This document shows positions 42,010-56,143 of a stretch of DNA of 64,000 nt, in pieces (position 1 is the first letter of the stretch; every line of letters starts with the position of its first letter). Under the pieces are notes generated by a model. That model had not been told where the DNA came from and did no database searches. It worked only from the letters and a program-made list of their open reading frames with translations. Position numbers and translations under genes: made by a program. This DNA is from Salpingoeca rosetta (taxonomy: Eukaryota > Protista > Choanoflagellata): the NCBI GenBank assembly GCA_033442325.1, contig JAWQFM010000004.1:803084-867083 (forward strand). The letters are read 5' to 3'.

Positions 42010-43082
42010 GCGTTGTTTTGTTTGTGTGCTTCGATGGCGAGGTGCGCATTCGGAACCCCGCAATGCTCTTTAACACCGACATGTCATGCACACATGCGCA
42101 CATGCGCACATCTTGACCAGACGCGCAAGGAGGCGCGCGACGACGTGCTGACGGTGCACTCGTACACGGTGGTGGAGTGGCAGCAGCTCGAAGGGGCCGT
42201 GCGCCCGCTGGCCGTGTTTGGCATGGAGGCTCACAAGGTGATGGTGGGCGCAATGCACCTCCTCCCAGACATGGCCATTGCCACGCCGCTGCGCTGCACA
42301 AGCCGCCCCATGCGTGACGGCGAGACAAACGGGCAGGAGTACGAGTTTGTCTCGCGCGAGGAAATGGAGCGCCGTCTTGCTGCGAAAGAACTCATTGAAG
42401 TCGGCAGCTTCAAGGTCCGGCAGTTGTGGGCGTTGCCTTATTGCTGGTGTGCTTGTGAACTTGGTTGTGTGTGCACGCATGTGTGCGTGTGTGTGTGTGC
42501 ACGTACGTGCGTGCATGTGTGTGTGTGTGTGTACGCGTGTGTGCACGTGTGTGCGTGTGTATGTGCTAACTTGTGCGCGCAGACATTACAAATCACACGC
42601 TGCCTCTTCCAGATCCACCGCGCTTGCCTCACACACGCACACACACACAACACATGCTCTGCAATTTTACACCTACCCCCTTGCTACTCTCCCCTCTCTA
42701 CCCCAGGGCAACCTGTATGGCACGACCATCGAGGCTGTTGCAGCCCCTGCGCGTGACGGCAAGCTCGTGCTGATGCAGTGCCACCCACCGGCCATTCGTC
42801 GCCTGCAGCTCCTGGGCGACATCCACCCGATTGTCGCCTTTGTTGCGCCCGCACCGGAGCGCCTGCAGACACGGGCGGACGGCAGCGCCATCGACGAAGC
42901 CGCGCAGGCTGCGGCGTGGGAGCAGGTTGAGCACGGCCACACGTTTACACACGTGCTGCAGGAGGGACCCGTGCCCGCACTTGCCCAGCAGGTGGCAGCC
43001 ATTGTGAGCGAGGAGGCGAGAGCCGAGGGGCTCTGGGCCGCTGTTCCCGCCCTTCTTCCACGCGCACCGGTGCGTGTCTCGT

Positions 43083-43153
<71 letters not shown>

Positions 43154-44861
43154 AATCTGGTGCATTTTGTGTTTTGTTAACCAACTGTGTCTCCGCCATC
43201 AGTGCTTGATGTCCTGACTTTGTGGTGTTCACTTATTTGTGTCGCATTTATCAAGTCATATGCATCCTTCACTCACCCCTCACTCACGCTTACACACCTC
43301 TTGACTGGCCCGCCAGCTGTCGCAGGCCGCATCACCATCCAAGATGTCGCTTGGTCTGACAACGGCCCCGGCAACGCTGGGCAACACGTCCATGACAGCT
43401 ACCAACGCGGTTGACACGAGTACCGCTGCTGCTGCCGCTGGCGCGACTGAAGAGGACGAGTCACTCGCCATGTACTCGCAGTCGACCCAGCTCAAGTGCG
43501 ACTTTGAGACGGTCGTGGTGCAGCGGCTCGGCAAGCACAAGTACGGCTTCAAGCTCGTGGCTGATGACGAGACTGGTGTGCCGACTGTTGCGCCCGGCGA
43601 CGACATTGTGTATGTCAACGGGTCCTTTGGTGCCGGCGCCCGCGTCCTCTGCGTCGGCGGCCAGAACGTCATTGCAGAATCCTCATCGAAGGTGCGCGCA
43701 CGCCTTTCGTGTGTCGATATGTGACCTTGTGTCGTTTTGCGTGTGTGCGTGTGTGTGCACGTGTGTGTGTATGTGTGTGTGCACGTGTATGTTCGTCCAA
43801 GAGCATCTTCTTTCTTGCATCAAGTACAACTCACTTTTGTCCATGCAACACAACCCCCCCCTTCACTTCTTTCTCTCCCTTTCTATGTTCGCGCTGTAGC
43901 TGAAGGATGCGGTGAAGAAGAACACGGAGACGCTGAGCGTGGTCCTGTTCCCGCGGCACCTCAACGTGCGCGCCGTCAAGCTGAAGAAGCGCAACAACAC
44001 GTTTGGCCTCAAGATGTCCACGCCCGAGGGCTTCCCCGCCACCATCATCACAGGCGTGCCGCAGGAAAACATTGTCCGCGAGGGCTCATGCAGGCGCGGC
44101 GACGCCATCGTGGCCGTGAGTTGTGTATGCGTGTGTGTGCGCGCAAATGTGTGTGTGTGTGTGTGTGCTTGCGCTTGAAGATTCGCGCGTGTGAAAATGT
44201 GTTTGTACCCTCTGTTTGTGCGTGCGCTGCAACTCGCGTGTGAACTGATTCACCGCGCTCCTGTCTTCGTGTTTGCTTTGTGCGGTGCTGCCAGGTTAAC
44301 GGCGCGCCGATGCTGCGCTGCTCGCTGGAGGAGGTCACGTCCGCGTTCACACAGCAGAAAACAGCGCGCATCGCCGTTGCAGACGCTGATGACGTCATGG
44401 TGCGAACATCCCATCCCGCCTTGTGCATTCGTGTGCGAACCACTTGTCTGTTTGAAGCGTGCTTGCAGCCTCGACCACGGCCTGAGGGCCTCGATTGCGC
44501 GTCATTCCCCTGCATACAACAAACCTGAGCATGCACACGCACATCACACACGCACGCGCGTGCACTGAGCTGTCGTCTCTTTCCTCACCCTCGCGTCCCC
44601 ACTTGGCTCCATTCTTCATAACAGCTGACGTCCTCTGGGACGAGCCGGCGGGTTGAGCTGCGGCGCTTTCAGACCAATTATGGCCTGGAGATTGCCATGC
44701 TCGACGACCTACCCGTGGTCCTGCGCATTACCGCAGCCACCGTCGCAGCCGCATCCGACCTCAACGTCGGCGACGCCATCTACAAGGTGCTGCACCGCCA
44801 CCCACACAGACGACGCATTGTGGCGTGCACGAAGAGAGAGAGAAAGGGCTTGTGTGTGTTT

Positions 44862-44932
<71 letters not shown>

Positions 44933-47900
44933 CTTGCCCAGTGACAATGCAGGCTTCGTCATCACGTCATCGTTCAACCACACGTATTGCCCCCCCCCCC
45001 CCACTTCGCCACCCCCATCCCCCATCACCCCATCTCCTCCCTGTGTGACTGTAGATCAACGGCATGACGACGCGCAACGCCTCGTACGACACAATTATGT
45101 CGACGGTGCGCACCAGCGCCACGCTCGACCTCGTTGTCGACAAGTGTCCGCGATTCGCCAGGCGCGAGGTGACGGTTGAGCGCTCCGCCACCGCTGGCTA
45201 CGGCATGCATGTGCAGACGACGTTTGGGTACTGCCCTGTTGTGACGCGCGTGGTTGAGGGCAGCCCTGCGGCGACAGGCAACGCCATCCTCCCCGGCGAC
45301 GAAATCGTGGAGGTGCGCAGAAGCTGGTGGTGATTGCGGTGGTTGGCTGCGGTGGTGATCGACGAAGTTGTGGTGGTGTTGATCGTGTGGACAGCACCCC
45401 TCTCTCTCTGCGAGACAATTATCAAGTGGTCATTCACACACACACACACACACCTACACACACACACACATACGCACGCACATACGCACGCACATACGCA
45501 CGCACACACGCACACGCACCCGTACGTACAGATCAACGGTACGGCCACGCAGGGCAAGATGCACGAGGAAGTGGTTGCAATGCTCTCCCGCGCCACCACG
45601 GCCAAGCTGTCCCTGCGCCATCCCACCACGCCCACCGCCGCCCCCATGGCGCCGGCGATCGTGCCCGCAGCAGCAACAGCCTCTGAGCAGCAGCAGCCGA
45701 CTAAGGAGGAAGAGACGAACAACGATGCGCAGCAGCAAGAAGAGACGCACCAGCAGCCACCGAAGCAGCAAGTTGAGGTGCAAGACGCAAGCGTGAAGAG
45801 CTTCAGTAACGCGCGCAAGGTTGTGTTCCGTGGCGCCTCTGTGTCGCGTCTTGGCCTCAGGTTCCAGCGCGTGGAGGGCGATGCGTTCTTCAAGGTGGCG
45901 GAGGTGCTTGACGGCGGGCTCGCCAAGGAATCTGGTGCCATCAGCCCCGGTGACGCCGTCGCAGAGGTGCGCATGAAGGGGGCGAAGAGGGGGTGGGGAT
46001 GGTAGTTTGATGCTCGCAGGTGCGTGAGTTTTTGGGAGCGTGTGTGTTGGCGTGGTTTTGACGTGTGATGACAGTGATGAAGATGTTGCGACAGTTGAGA
46101 TTGATGCGTTCCACTTCTGTGGTTCAGCTCATTGCTATTTGCGGGTGAACACCACACTTCAACATACATATCGCTGTCACCCTGTGCCAGGTAAACGGCA
46201 TTGCGTTCAACACGCGCGAGGGACTGGCCCGCGCCCTCAGTGCTGCGGAGGACACCGTCTCCATTGTTGTCGGCACACCACGACAGGAACAAGCAGGCGC
46301 CGTGAGTTGCTACATATGTTCGTGTGGGGCTGCATGCAAGTGCGTGGTGGCGTGCTGCAATGTTGATGACCATTATCGCTCCTCTCCTCGCTCACATACC
46401 CCTATCATGCTTCTCGATCTGCCCTCCTCGTGCGTGTTTGCGCTTGAGCAGCGCGTTGTGCTCGATACGCACAGCGAGCGGCTTGGCCTGAAGATTGTGT
46501 GTGTGCAGGACTCGTTCCCCATTGTTTCGGTAGTTGATGCTGACGGCGCCGCCGCCAAGGAGCCCGCACTCGTCCCCGGCGTCACCATCCTCAAGGTGCA
46601 CACGAATCACAGGCACTGCTCTCGAGATGACACGTGCATGGTTGTTTGCCATGTGGCGTCGATTAGACGCCTAATGCGTGCATACTCGTGTTTGTTATCT
46701 GCCATGTAAATCTGACTTCCAACTCACGTCATTGGCCGCCTGTTCACCCTCCCCAAACACAACTATCACATCATCGTCATGTCCCCCACCCACCCCTTGT
46801 TGCGTTACGCAGGTGAACGGCCGGGATATGCATGGTGCGACGAGTGAGGACCTGCGGGCAGCGTTGGCTGCCTCGTCCCTCATTGAACTCGTCCTCGGCG
46901 ATCGCGTATCGCTCCCTCAACCGCCACAGGAGCAGGAGCAGCAACAGGGGGAGGGCTCACAGGGTGGAGGTACCAACCTGCACCCCATTCGCATTGCGCG
47001 CATTACGCCTGTGGAGGGCGAGAGCCTCGGCATTGCCATCCGCACGCACGAGGGTACTGACCTGTGCCCCGTTGTTCCGGCCATCATCGCTGGCTCCCTC
47101 GCAGAGAAGGAGGGCACAATCACGGCTGGCGACGAAATTGTCACCGTGCGTCTGCATACTTGCGCGCGTGTGTGTGCGTGTGTGTGTGTGTGTGTGTCTG
47201 TGTGTCTGTGTGTCTGTGTGTCTGTGCGCGTGTGTGTACGCAAGTGGTTGTCATTTTCGTTTCCTTCTTTATCGCTCTCATCCCTTCTATGTCTCTTTGC
47301 CGCACCAGATCAACGGCACACCTACGAGCGGCCTGACCCATGAGGGCGTGGTTGCGCTGCTCAAGCAGCCACGTGACGTCATCGAGATTGGTGTGCGCCA
47401 GTCCCTGCAGGCGGTGCGTTGACCAATGTGCTCATTCATGTGTTGATTCCGCTTCTGTTTCGTTTCTTCCTGTCATGCTCGTCTTTGACGATCACACTCA
47501 TCTTGTACTGTCATGCTGGGACTGTTCTCTGCCGTCGCGTCACCGTTTACGATGTGTTTCACACTGTCGTCAACTCCTCGCTCCTCCCCTTCTTCTTTCT
47601 GGTTTTCAGCTTGAGCCGTTTGAGGCTGCACAGAGCAATGTCGTGCGCCTGGAGAAGTCTGGTGGTGCCTTTGGCCTCAACCTCATCACCGCCGAGCGCG
47701 TGCCCGCGGTTGTGGTCGGTATTGCCCCTAACAGCGCAGCGCAGCACTCAAATGCATTTGCCGTTGGTGACGTCATCATGAAGGTGCGTGCGTGTGTGCG
47801 TGTGTGTGTGTGTGCGTGCGTGTGTGCGTGCGTGTGAGTGTGGGTGTGTGTGTGTGCGTGTGTGTGTATGTGTGTGTATGTGCGTGGTTGTTTGCGTGCA

Positions 47901-49206
47901 CATGCGCGTTGGAATCGTCCCTGCCTTGCAAGGTGGTGGAGACTCTTTAGGCATGCCCGCTGCGCATGTGCTTGTGCTTGTCACCGAGCACCCCAATAAT
48001 TTCCCTCTCGCCAATCGTGTATTCTCACTCACCGTTTGCATACTTTCCATGATTCACGTCCCACCCCTCTTCCTCTTGGCGCTGCAGATCAATGGCGAGT
48101 CCACAGTCGACCTGACTCACGACGAGCTCGTCAGCATCTTCCGCTCCTCCGACATGGTTGAGCTTGAGTCTGCGCCGCGTGAGGACGGTGAGGTGAAGGC
48201 TGTGGAGGCGACGCGCGGGCCCAGCGGCCTTGGCCTGGTCATCAAGTCGGATGATCGCGGTAACTCGTTTATCACCAAGGTCGCAGAGGGCTCACCTGCC
48301 GCAGACGCTGGCGTCCCCCTCTTTGCCAAGATCCTGGCGGTGCGTTACAGTGTGCATGTGTGTGCGCATGTATGTGTGTGCATGTGTGCGTGCGTGTTTG
48401 CATGTGTGTGCGTGCGTGTTTGCATGTGTGCGCATGTGTATATGTGCACATGTTTGTGTGTGTGGATGTATGTGCTTAAATATGTGTGCGCGCTCTTGTT
48501 CTTGGGTACAATGCTGACAATCCGCGCACTGCCACTTAACATCCTTCCCTTTTCCCCTTCCCAACTGCAGGTGAACAACTCGCCTGTGATTGGTCTGTCA
48601 CATGACGATGTTGTGGCGCACCTTCGCGCCACCACCGTCTCCCTGCTCCTCCGCTGTCCCGCCGGTCCCGTCACCGCTGACATGTACGTGCGCTCTGTAC
48701 GAGCTCTGATTGTATAGTTATTTTGTGCGTGTGGTGTTGATAAACCCAGGCCATGCATGCCTTAACCTCTTCATACCTTTCAGCTCACAGTATTCGCCCT
48801 TGCGTTTTCACTGTGCTTCATCGCTGTCACGTACAGGTTTGACATGAGGATGGACCAACCAGCAGTACCACCGTCAGCATCGCAGCAGCAGGCGGCGGCA
48901 GCGCAGGGCGAGGCAACCCAAACAGCAGCAGCGGCAGATAAAGAGGAGGATTCGTCCACTGCCGCGCCGCCCTCGTATGACGACGTTGGTGGCGGCGATG
49001 AGGGTGACGCAAACACCCGGGTTGTGACGCTCACGCGTGGCGAGCGAGGCTACGGCTTCCGGCTCATCACCAACGAGGACCACGCGTCGCCGATTGTGAT
49101 TGAGGCGCTGCCAAACACGCCCGCCACCAACGTCCTCCGTCCCGGCGACGCAATCCTATCCGTGAGTTGACCAGCGAGAGCGAGAGATGGTGATGGTGAT
49201 GATGCG

Positions 49207-49248
<42 letters not shown>

Positions 49249-50731
49249 CGCGTGTGTGTATGTGTATGTGTGTGTGTGCGTGCGTGTGCGTGTGTGTGTG
49301 TGTGTGTTCCGTGCAGCAATAGTCTCGCTTCTCACACCACTTCACCCGCGCTTCAGATCAACGGCACGTCAACTGCGAATCTGACACACGAGGAAGTGCT
49401 TGCGCTGATCCAGAGTGCCGGCAGCATCAACCTGCGCGTCAGGCACGACGGCGACGTCTTCTTCAACCTCCTCCAAAACTCTCGCCAGCACGAACTCGGC
49501 ACCCCCGTGCCAGGTGCTGTGTGTGGGTGTTACATCTGTCTGTGTGTTCGCGCTCACTGTGTCGCTCTGCATGTGTGTCAGCATATGCGTGCACGTCACA
49601 AGTGCTGCGGTCTTGCCTTTTGCCCCCCCCCCCCACAACCAACCCTCGACCGCTCAAACCTGTTTCCATCTTTCTTTTCTTTTTTTTTTTTTCCTTCTTC
49701 TTCTTCTTCCCTTCACACCATGCCCTCGCCCCCCCCCCCCATATGCCAATCCGCAACCAATGCAGGTCTCTCCAAGGGCACGCAGACGACGGTGCTGAAA
49801 CGTGGTGGTGGCGGTTACGGCCTGCGCATCGAGACGCTGGAGGGTCTTCGCCACATCATTGTGGAGGTGATCCCTGGCGGCGCCGCTGCGGACTCAAAGC
49901 AGGTACACGTCGGGCAGGAGATTCTTGAGATCAATGGTCAGGCTGCTCGCGGCGTGGAGCACAACGGCGTGGTCAGCATGCTGGCGTCCACGGACGAGGC
50001 GCACGTTAAGCTGACCCTGCCGCCGCAGCTTGGGGACTGCACCCTCGTGCGGCTTCGTCGCGACGACAACGGGAGTCTTGGCCTGAGGCTGCAGATGCCG
50101 CAGCAGGAGTCGCCGCTGTCGTACCCGATCATCTCCCACGTTGGCGAGCACAACGCCGCGCACCTGCAGCCGGGCGACTTCATCATCCGCGTCAACGGCG
50201 CCAGCGTGATGGGCAAGCCGCTCGAGGAATTCGCACCCGCGTTCCTGTCTGACCCGGTCGTTGTGGACGTGTACCGCCCGGCGCCGGGCACCGACGCCAC
50301 CGCCGCATCGCCAGAGGCACCGGCCACGACGACAGCGGCGACGGCAGCAGCACAGGACGCGGCCACACCAGCGCAGGAGGCTGGAGAAACGCCGGCTGAC
50401 AGCGGTGCTCAATCACAACTGCAGTCGTACACCAGCGAGCAGACGCAGGCACAGGCTTCTGCTGCGACAGCAAACACGCCGGCCACCGAGCAAGCGCCAG
50501 CACAGCAGCAGCAGCAGCAGTCACCGCAGGAGGAGGGTGACGGGCAAGGGGCCCGCAAGACTGTGATACTGCAGCGCACGTCGACTGGGTTTGGGCTGCA
50601 GATTGCCTCACCAAACGAGGAAGGCCCGCACTACCACCAGATTACGCTCGTGCTGCCCACTGCCCGCGTTGTCAGCGGCACCGTTGAGGCGGGCGACATC
50701 ATCGAGCAGGTGGGTCGTGGGCATGTGTGCG

Positions 50732-50767
<36 letters not shown>

Positions 50768-51167
50768 TGTTTGGTGTGTATTGGTATGTTGACTTGTGTA
50801 TGTTTAATTGTGTGCGTGAGTGTGCGTGTGTGTGAGTTTCACGATTTGTGCGGTTTTCCAACACATTTCTTCATCCATTCATCACACTTTCATGGTTCCC
50901 TCCTCCTCCCAACAGATCAACGGCGAGGATGTGACTGCGCGCACACACGAGCAGCTTGTGGACATTCTCTCTGGGCAGTCCATGCTGGAGATGGTGGTAC
51001 GCAAGCCATCGCCGGAGCAGGCGCAGCTGGCAGAGCCCGTGCAGGCGTTCCAGCAGCTGATGACCCGTACCCAGCAGCAGCCGAACGGCCACGCCGCTGG
51101 TGTTGGTGAGCAGGCCGAGGCACAGGCTGGCACCACAGCTGAGACCGCTCCCGAACAACAACCACAG

Positions 51168-51201
<34 letters not shown>

Positions 51202-52193
51202 AAACTGGCACAGAGCAAGGCGAGGACAAGGGCTATCAGTCACAGTCGGCGGCTGGACGTGCAACGGCTGATACCGGAGCCAACGCAGTTCAACAGCAGC
51301 AGCAGCAGCAGCAGCAGCATGATGCTGATGAGGAGGCCACGGCAGATGCCGGTGATGTGTCTGAACCAACTCCGCAGATTGTCGAAGATGATGCCACAGC
51401 TCCTCCCGCCCCACCAGCTCGCCGCACGGTGACCGTTGCGAAGAACGAGCGTGGACTTGGGATGAAGTTTCTTGGCCTCGGACAGGGCCTCGGCGTCATT
51501 GTAACCGCCCTCATGCCCGACACACCTGCACACGCATGTCCTGACCTCAACATCTACGACACCATCTGCAAAGTGTGTTTGCCTGCGATGGGGTTGCTTT
51601 TGTGTGTGTGTGTGTGTGTGTGTCTGCGTGTGTGTGTGTGTGTGTGCGTGTGTGTGTGTACGTATGTGTGTGTGTGTGTGTGTGTGTGTGCGTATGTGTG
51701 TGTATGTGTTTTGCTTGCAATAGGATTGCATTCTTGCGTGAGTGTGCGTGTCTGTTTGTGTATCACCCACACCCTCATGCCGTCCTTTCAAACCCCCGCT
51801 CCCGTGCAGATCAACGGTACGGATGTGCTTGACCTTGAGCACGATGCTGTGCGCGACATTCTTGTGAGCGGCTCCTCCTTTGAGCTTGAGGTGCTGCCTG
51901 CGCCCGCCGCCAAGGTCGCCATCCTCGTCCGCGAGTCCAAGGATGACCCGCTCGGCGTTGCCGTTGTCGACGACGACCACCACCGCGTGCGCGTGGCCAA
52001 CGTGTCTGAGGCGGCGCGGTTTGCAGACGCGCAGCTGGAGCCCGGCGAGGAGATTGTGAGCGTCAACCACAGGGACGTGCGGACAATGTCTGCCATGCAA
52101 GTTGGCGTGTTTATGCGCACGGCATCGGACGTGCTCGTCATTGCGGCCAACCCATGCGCTGACCCGCTGCCAGAGCACGAGACAACCGCTTAG
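38721..52193 (+). CDS. multi-PDZ MAGUK-like scaffold (~2,800 aa, ~23 exons): 5 PDZ - SH3 - guanylate kinase - 15 PDZ
   Basis: Probable 9-nt first exon (ATG CCT CCG|GTAAGC at 38721) spliced to 39004. Twenty PDZ domains carry GLG(F/L)-like loops and GD.I..(I/V)NG. SH3 at ~41640-41800 (FHVRAHFAW...FWVATHLGTGARGQIPS). DLG-type GK at ~42160-43050 (TSRPMRDGETNGQEYEFVSREEMERRL...GNLYGTTIEAV). The junctions checked, including GK to PDZ6 (43069/43326), are GT-AG and in frame. Stop at 52191-52193. Confidence 0.88.
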
Positions 52194-52935
52194 GGCCGCT
52201 CGCGCGCTGCACGTGGTGGCGATGGGTGGTGACAATTGAGTCGTGAGTAGTTGTCGTGAGTGTACTCTCGTGTTGACACGCGTTCAAGAATGGCTTGCGT
52301 TGAGATGAGATGGTGTGACAAAGGCGTGTTGATTGGTTGATGCTTGCTTCGTGTGTGGTGGGGGGGGGGGTGTGAAGGTGGTGTGAAGATGGATGGCGAG
52401 TTGCGGCGGCGAGGCGTGCCAATGTATGTTGTAAACTAAGGCTTGGTGTGTTTGATGACTTGCTTTTGTTTTGTTGTTGTTCTCGCTTTGGGTCCGGTGG
52501 TTGTTTGTTCGTATGCTTCTTGCGTGTTGTTGTTTCGTTTGGCGTGGTGAGTGGTGTAGCGACCGTGATTGTGGTGTGTGCTTGGTGTTTTGGTGTTTTG
52601 GTGTGTTTGCTTGGTGTTGTTGCCGACTTGGCAAGAAGTGAAACACAGACTCTCAACTCAAGGCCCCCAGCTATGCTTTCTCTGACGTTTCATTGTGAGC
52701 GAGGTTCAGCAAGCACAACAAGCACAAGCAACAACGGGGGGGGGAAGGGTGAAGAAAGATACAGGTCAATCATTTGTGTATGTATGTGACGGGACTCGGC
52801 ACAGCATTCAAGCCAACCAACAAAACAAGCGAAGCGATAACACACCACACATGGTACGATACACACAACCCAAAACCAAAACCAAACCAACCAAAACACC
52901 GTGCAAAGAAGGGAGTGGAAGGACGTGTGCTGCTC

Positions 52936-53178
52936 CTAGGGCTTGCGGCGGCGGCGCTTCTTGTTTGTCTTTGCGTCCACGAGGGCCTGCGCTTGCTTCT
53001 TGAGCGCATCGCGCGAGGCAAACTCGTCGTCGTCGTCGCTGTCAGATTCGCCATCTGCAAGAGGTGTTGACGGGTTAATGTGAGGGCGCAAAAAGGCAAA
53101 TCGGGAAGGGGTGGGGGAGGGGAGTGGGTTGGCGTGTACATGACAAGCCGAAACACGTGCGAGCGTCGACGTGCACAT

Positions 53179-53263
<85 letters not shown>

Positions 53264-53653
53264 GCGTCTTGTGTGTCGAGCGGGACGCGTGTGTTGTGTT
53301 CTGGGAGGATGTATGGGATGCTCTCTGCTTCGAGACCACCGGGAAGTTCGTTCTTGCGCGCCTCAAGCTCCTCGTTCAGCTTCTTCAGGCGAAGCTCTGC
53401 CTCCGTCAGTTTGTCCTGCACGTTGCTCGCCGCGCGGAATTGCACCTGATAGCAAGATGAGGAGGAAAAGGGGTGGATAGGAGAGGTCAGTTGAGTAGTG
53501 GGCCGTGCTGATGGAACGCAGCTCCGAGAGCAGGCCATTGAGGCACACAACACGAACAACACCACACCCAGGAACCCCGCAACAGCCACAACCATGACAG
53601 CAACAGCCACAACCACAACCACGACAGCAACAGCCACAACCACAACCACGACA

Positions 53654-53717
<64 letters not shown>

Positions 53718-54883
53718 CTTCAACAACAACAACTTAAACAACAGCAACAACAACAACAACTTAAACAACAACAACTGCCTTACCGGCTTGATGGAGCCGA
53801 GTTTCTCGTAGAGCGCCTCCACGCCGGCGGAGAGGGCGACAAGAACCTTCGTGGCCCTCTCCGTGCTCTGCTGCGCCTTGCTGCCACGCCGCTCCACGTC
53901 CCGCAGGTGCGCCTCAAACTCGGCGAGCATGCGCTGGTTGCCCGTGTTTCGCGCCTCGCCAGAGTACTTGAGGGCCTCAAACTGCTTCTGCAACTTCTGG
54001 TGTTCCTGCCGCAGCTTGTGCAGCTGCTCTGTGTTGTCCTGCTGCAGTTGCTTGAGGTGGTCCTGTGTCTCCCCTTGCGTTGCAAAGCGCTGCACGACCT
54101 CGTTGACGTCGGAGGCGCCCGTGGCGTCGCGGATGCGGCGCATCGCCTGCTCATATGTCTCCAACTTTTCCTTGCACTCGTCGCTCGCCTCCTTGTCTGC
54201 TCAGTTGGATGGAAGGCATGATTTAGGAGGGGGGGGGGAAGATTTTGTGTGCGTGTGTGTGTGTGTGTGCGTGTGTGAGTGTGTGCGTGCGTGTGTGTGT
54301 GTGCGTGTGTGTGTATGTGTGTGTGTGCGTGTGTGTGTGTATGTATGTGTGTGTGTGTGTGAATGGAGACCAAGACACAAGCAGATACAGACACAGACAT
54401 GTGCAACAAGGCAAAGAGCGATGAATGCGGCGTTGAACAACACACAACGACGACAACACACAGAGCACATTATTTGTTGGCCACACACCACCGGAGTTTT
54501 GTTCGACGCCGGCCGATGCCATGCGCAGTCGCTTCTCCATGGCCTCAAACTGGCGACGGCGCTCCTCAGCCAACGCCTTCAGCCGGGATTTCTCTTCGTC
54601 GCGCTTCTTGCGCGCGGTGCTGATCTCCTTCTCCTTTGCTGCAAGGTGCTTCCGCGCCTCGTCGCGCGCCTTGCACGCGTCCACGCACATGGCCTACAGG
54701 TATGTGTGTGTGTGTGTGTGCGTGAGAGAGCGGAGGGTGTGTTGAGGCAGAGAGAGAGAGTGTGTGTGTGCATGAAAAGACGATGCGCAAAGCTAGTTGC
54801 AGCAGATGTGCTGTCACTTTGAAAAACAACCGCACAAGGCAGCACGTACACATCCTGACACAACGGCACGTCAATCAAACCAT

Positions 54884-54921
<38 letters not shown>

Positions 54922-56091
54922 CGACCCGCACGAGCTCCTCCTTGCGCTGTGAGAGAGTCTTCTCGAGTTCTGTGATGCTGTTGTCAAAGTGCAGCCTGTC
55001 CTGCTCCAGCTTGCGGATAATCTGCTTGTATGTCTTGCCGACGTGCTGGGCCTCGTTGAACTTGATGTTGGCCTTGTCCAGCCTGTTCTCGAGCGTGCGC
55101 AGCTTCTGGCTCTCCTGCGACGCGCCGCCGCTGTTCTTCTGCTGGTGTGCCTCTTCAAGCGTGAGTTCGTGCAGCTGCTTCTTCAGCTCCTCCAGCCGCT
55201 TCTCCTTCTGCTTGGCCTCGTGCCGGAGCGTGTTGCGCCTCATCTTTGTCTTTGTAATCTTCTCCTGCATGGAGTTGGTGCCCGTCTCCTCGACAACATG
55301 TGTGTTGAACTTGAGCTGCACGCATGTGTTTGTGTGTGTGTGTGGTGGGGGGGGGAGGGGGTTATGATGTGGGTGCGTGTGTGTATGTTTGTGTGTGCGA
55401 ATTGTTGAGCGAGAAAGAGAGTGTGTGTGTGTGAGTGAGTGAGTGAGTGTGTGTGTGTGAGTGTGTGTGAGAGAGAGTGTGTGTGTGTTTGTGTGTGTGT
55501 GTTTGTGAGTGAATGCGCTCATGTGTGAGAGCTCATGTTGAGTGTGTGGTTCACGATGCAGACACGGTGGAAACAGCAGGAACGTTCATCATGTCATTTC
55601 CAGCACAGCTTCTTCGCGCCACATATGGCACCGACCTTGATATCCTTGAGTTTCTGCGTGAGCTGCTTGTTCTCCTTCTTGAGCTTGGCGATTTTGTCCT
55701 TGTTGGTCTTGATGACCGCTTGCGAGTTCTCATAGTATGCCTTGCGATCACCCTCTGTCCAAATTGGTTGGTGCATAAGGCGGTGAGTTTGGGTGGCGGA
55801 TGTGAGCAACTGCAATGCCAGCACCCATCGCAGCAAAACAACAAACAACCAAACAGCTACATCACACACATACACGCACACGCCCAACAAACTCAACACC
55901 ATCATCGCATGAAGCAACTGCTGCGACAAAACCAGCCACAAAACCAGTTTCAACACCAGCTACAACACCCACTCACACACCACACACACACTCATACACA
56001 GACACAGACACACACCAAGGAGGGTGAGCTTCTTCTTGAGCTCGTCTGGTGCCTCATCGTGGAGGCGCTGTGTTCTCCCCAGCGTTGCCAT
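52936..56091 (-). CDS. CCDC151: outer dynein arm docking complex subunit CCDC151/ODAD3
   Basis: [25 protein letters not shown]|[94 protein letters not shown], and the C-terminal [16 protein letters not shown] are characteristic CCDC151 coiled-coil motifs. Multi-exon. Confidence 0.88.
53570..53778. repeat. intronic (CAA)/(CAG)/(CCACAA)n trinucleotide-type repeat
   Basis: Lies in the CCDC151 intron at ~53447-53783; the apparent poly-Leu, poly-Val and poly-Thr ORFs are spurious. Confidence 0.85.
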
Positions 56092-56143
56092 CGTCGCGGG
56101 TGTGTTTGTCGGTGTTGGTGGTTGCGCCGCTTGCTTGTTGCTT

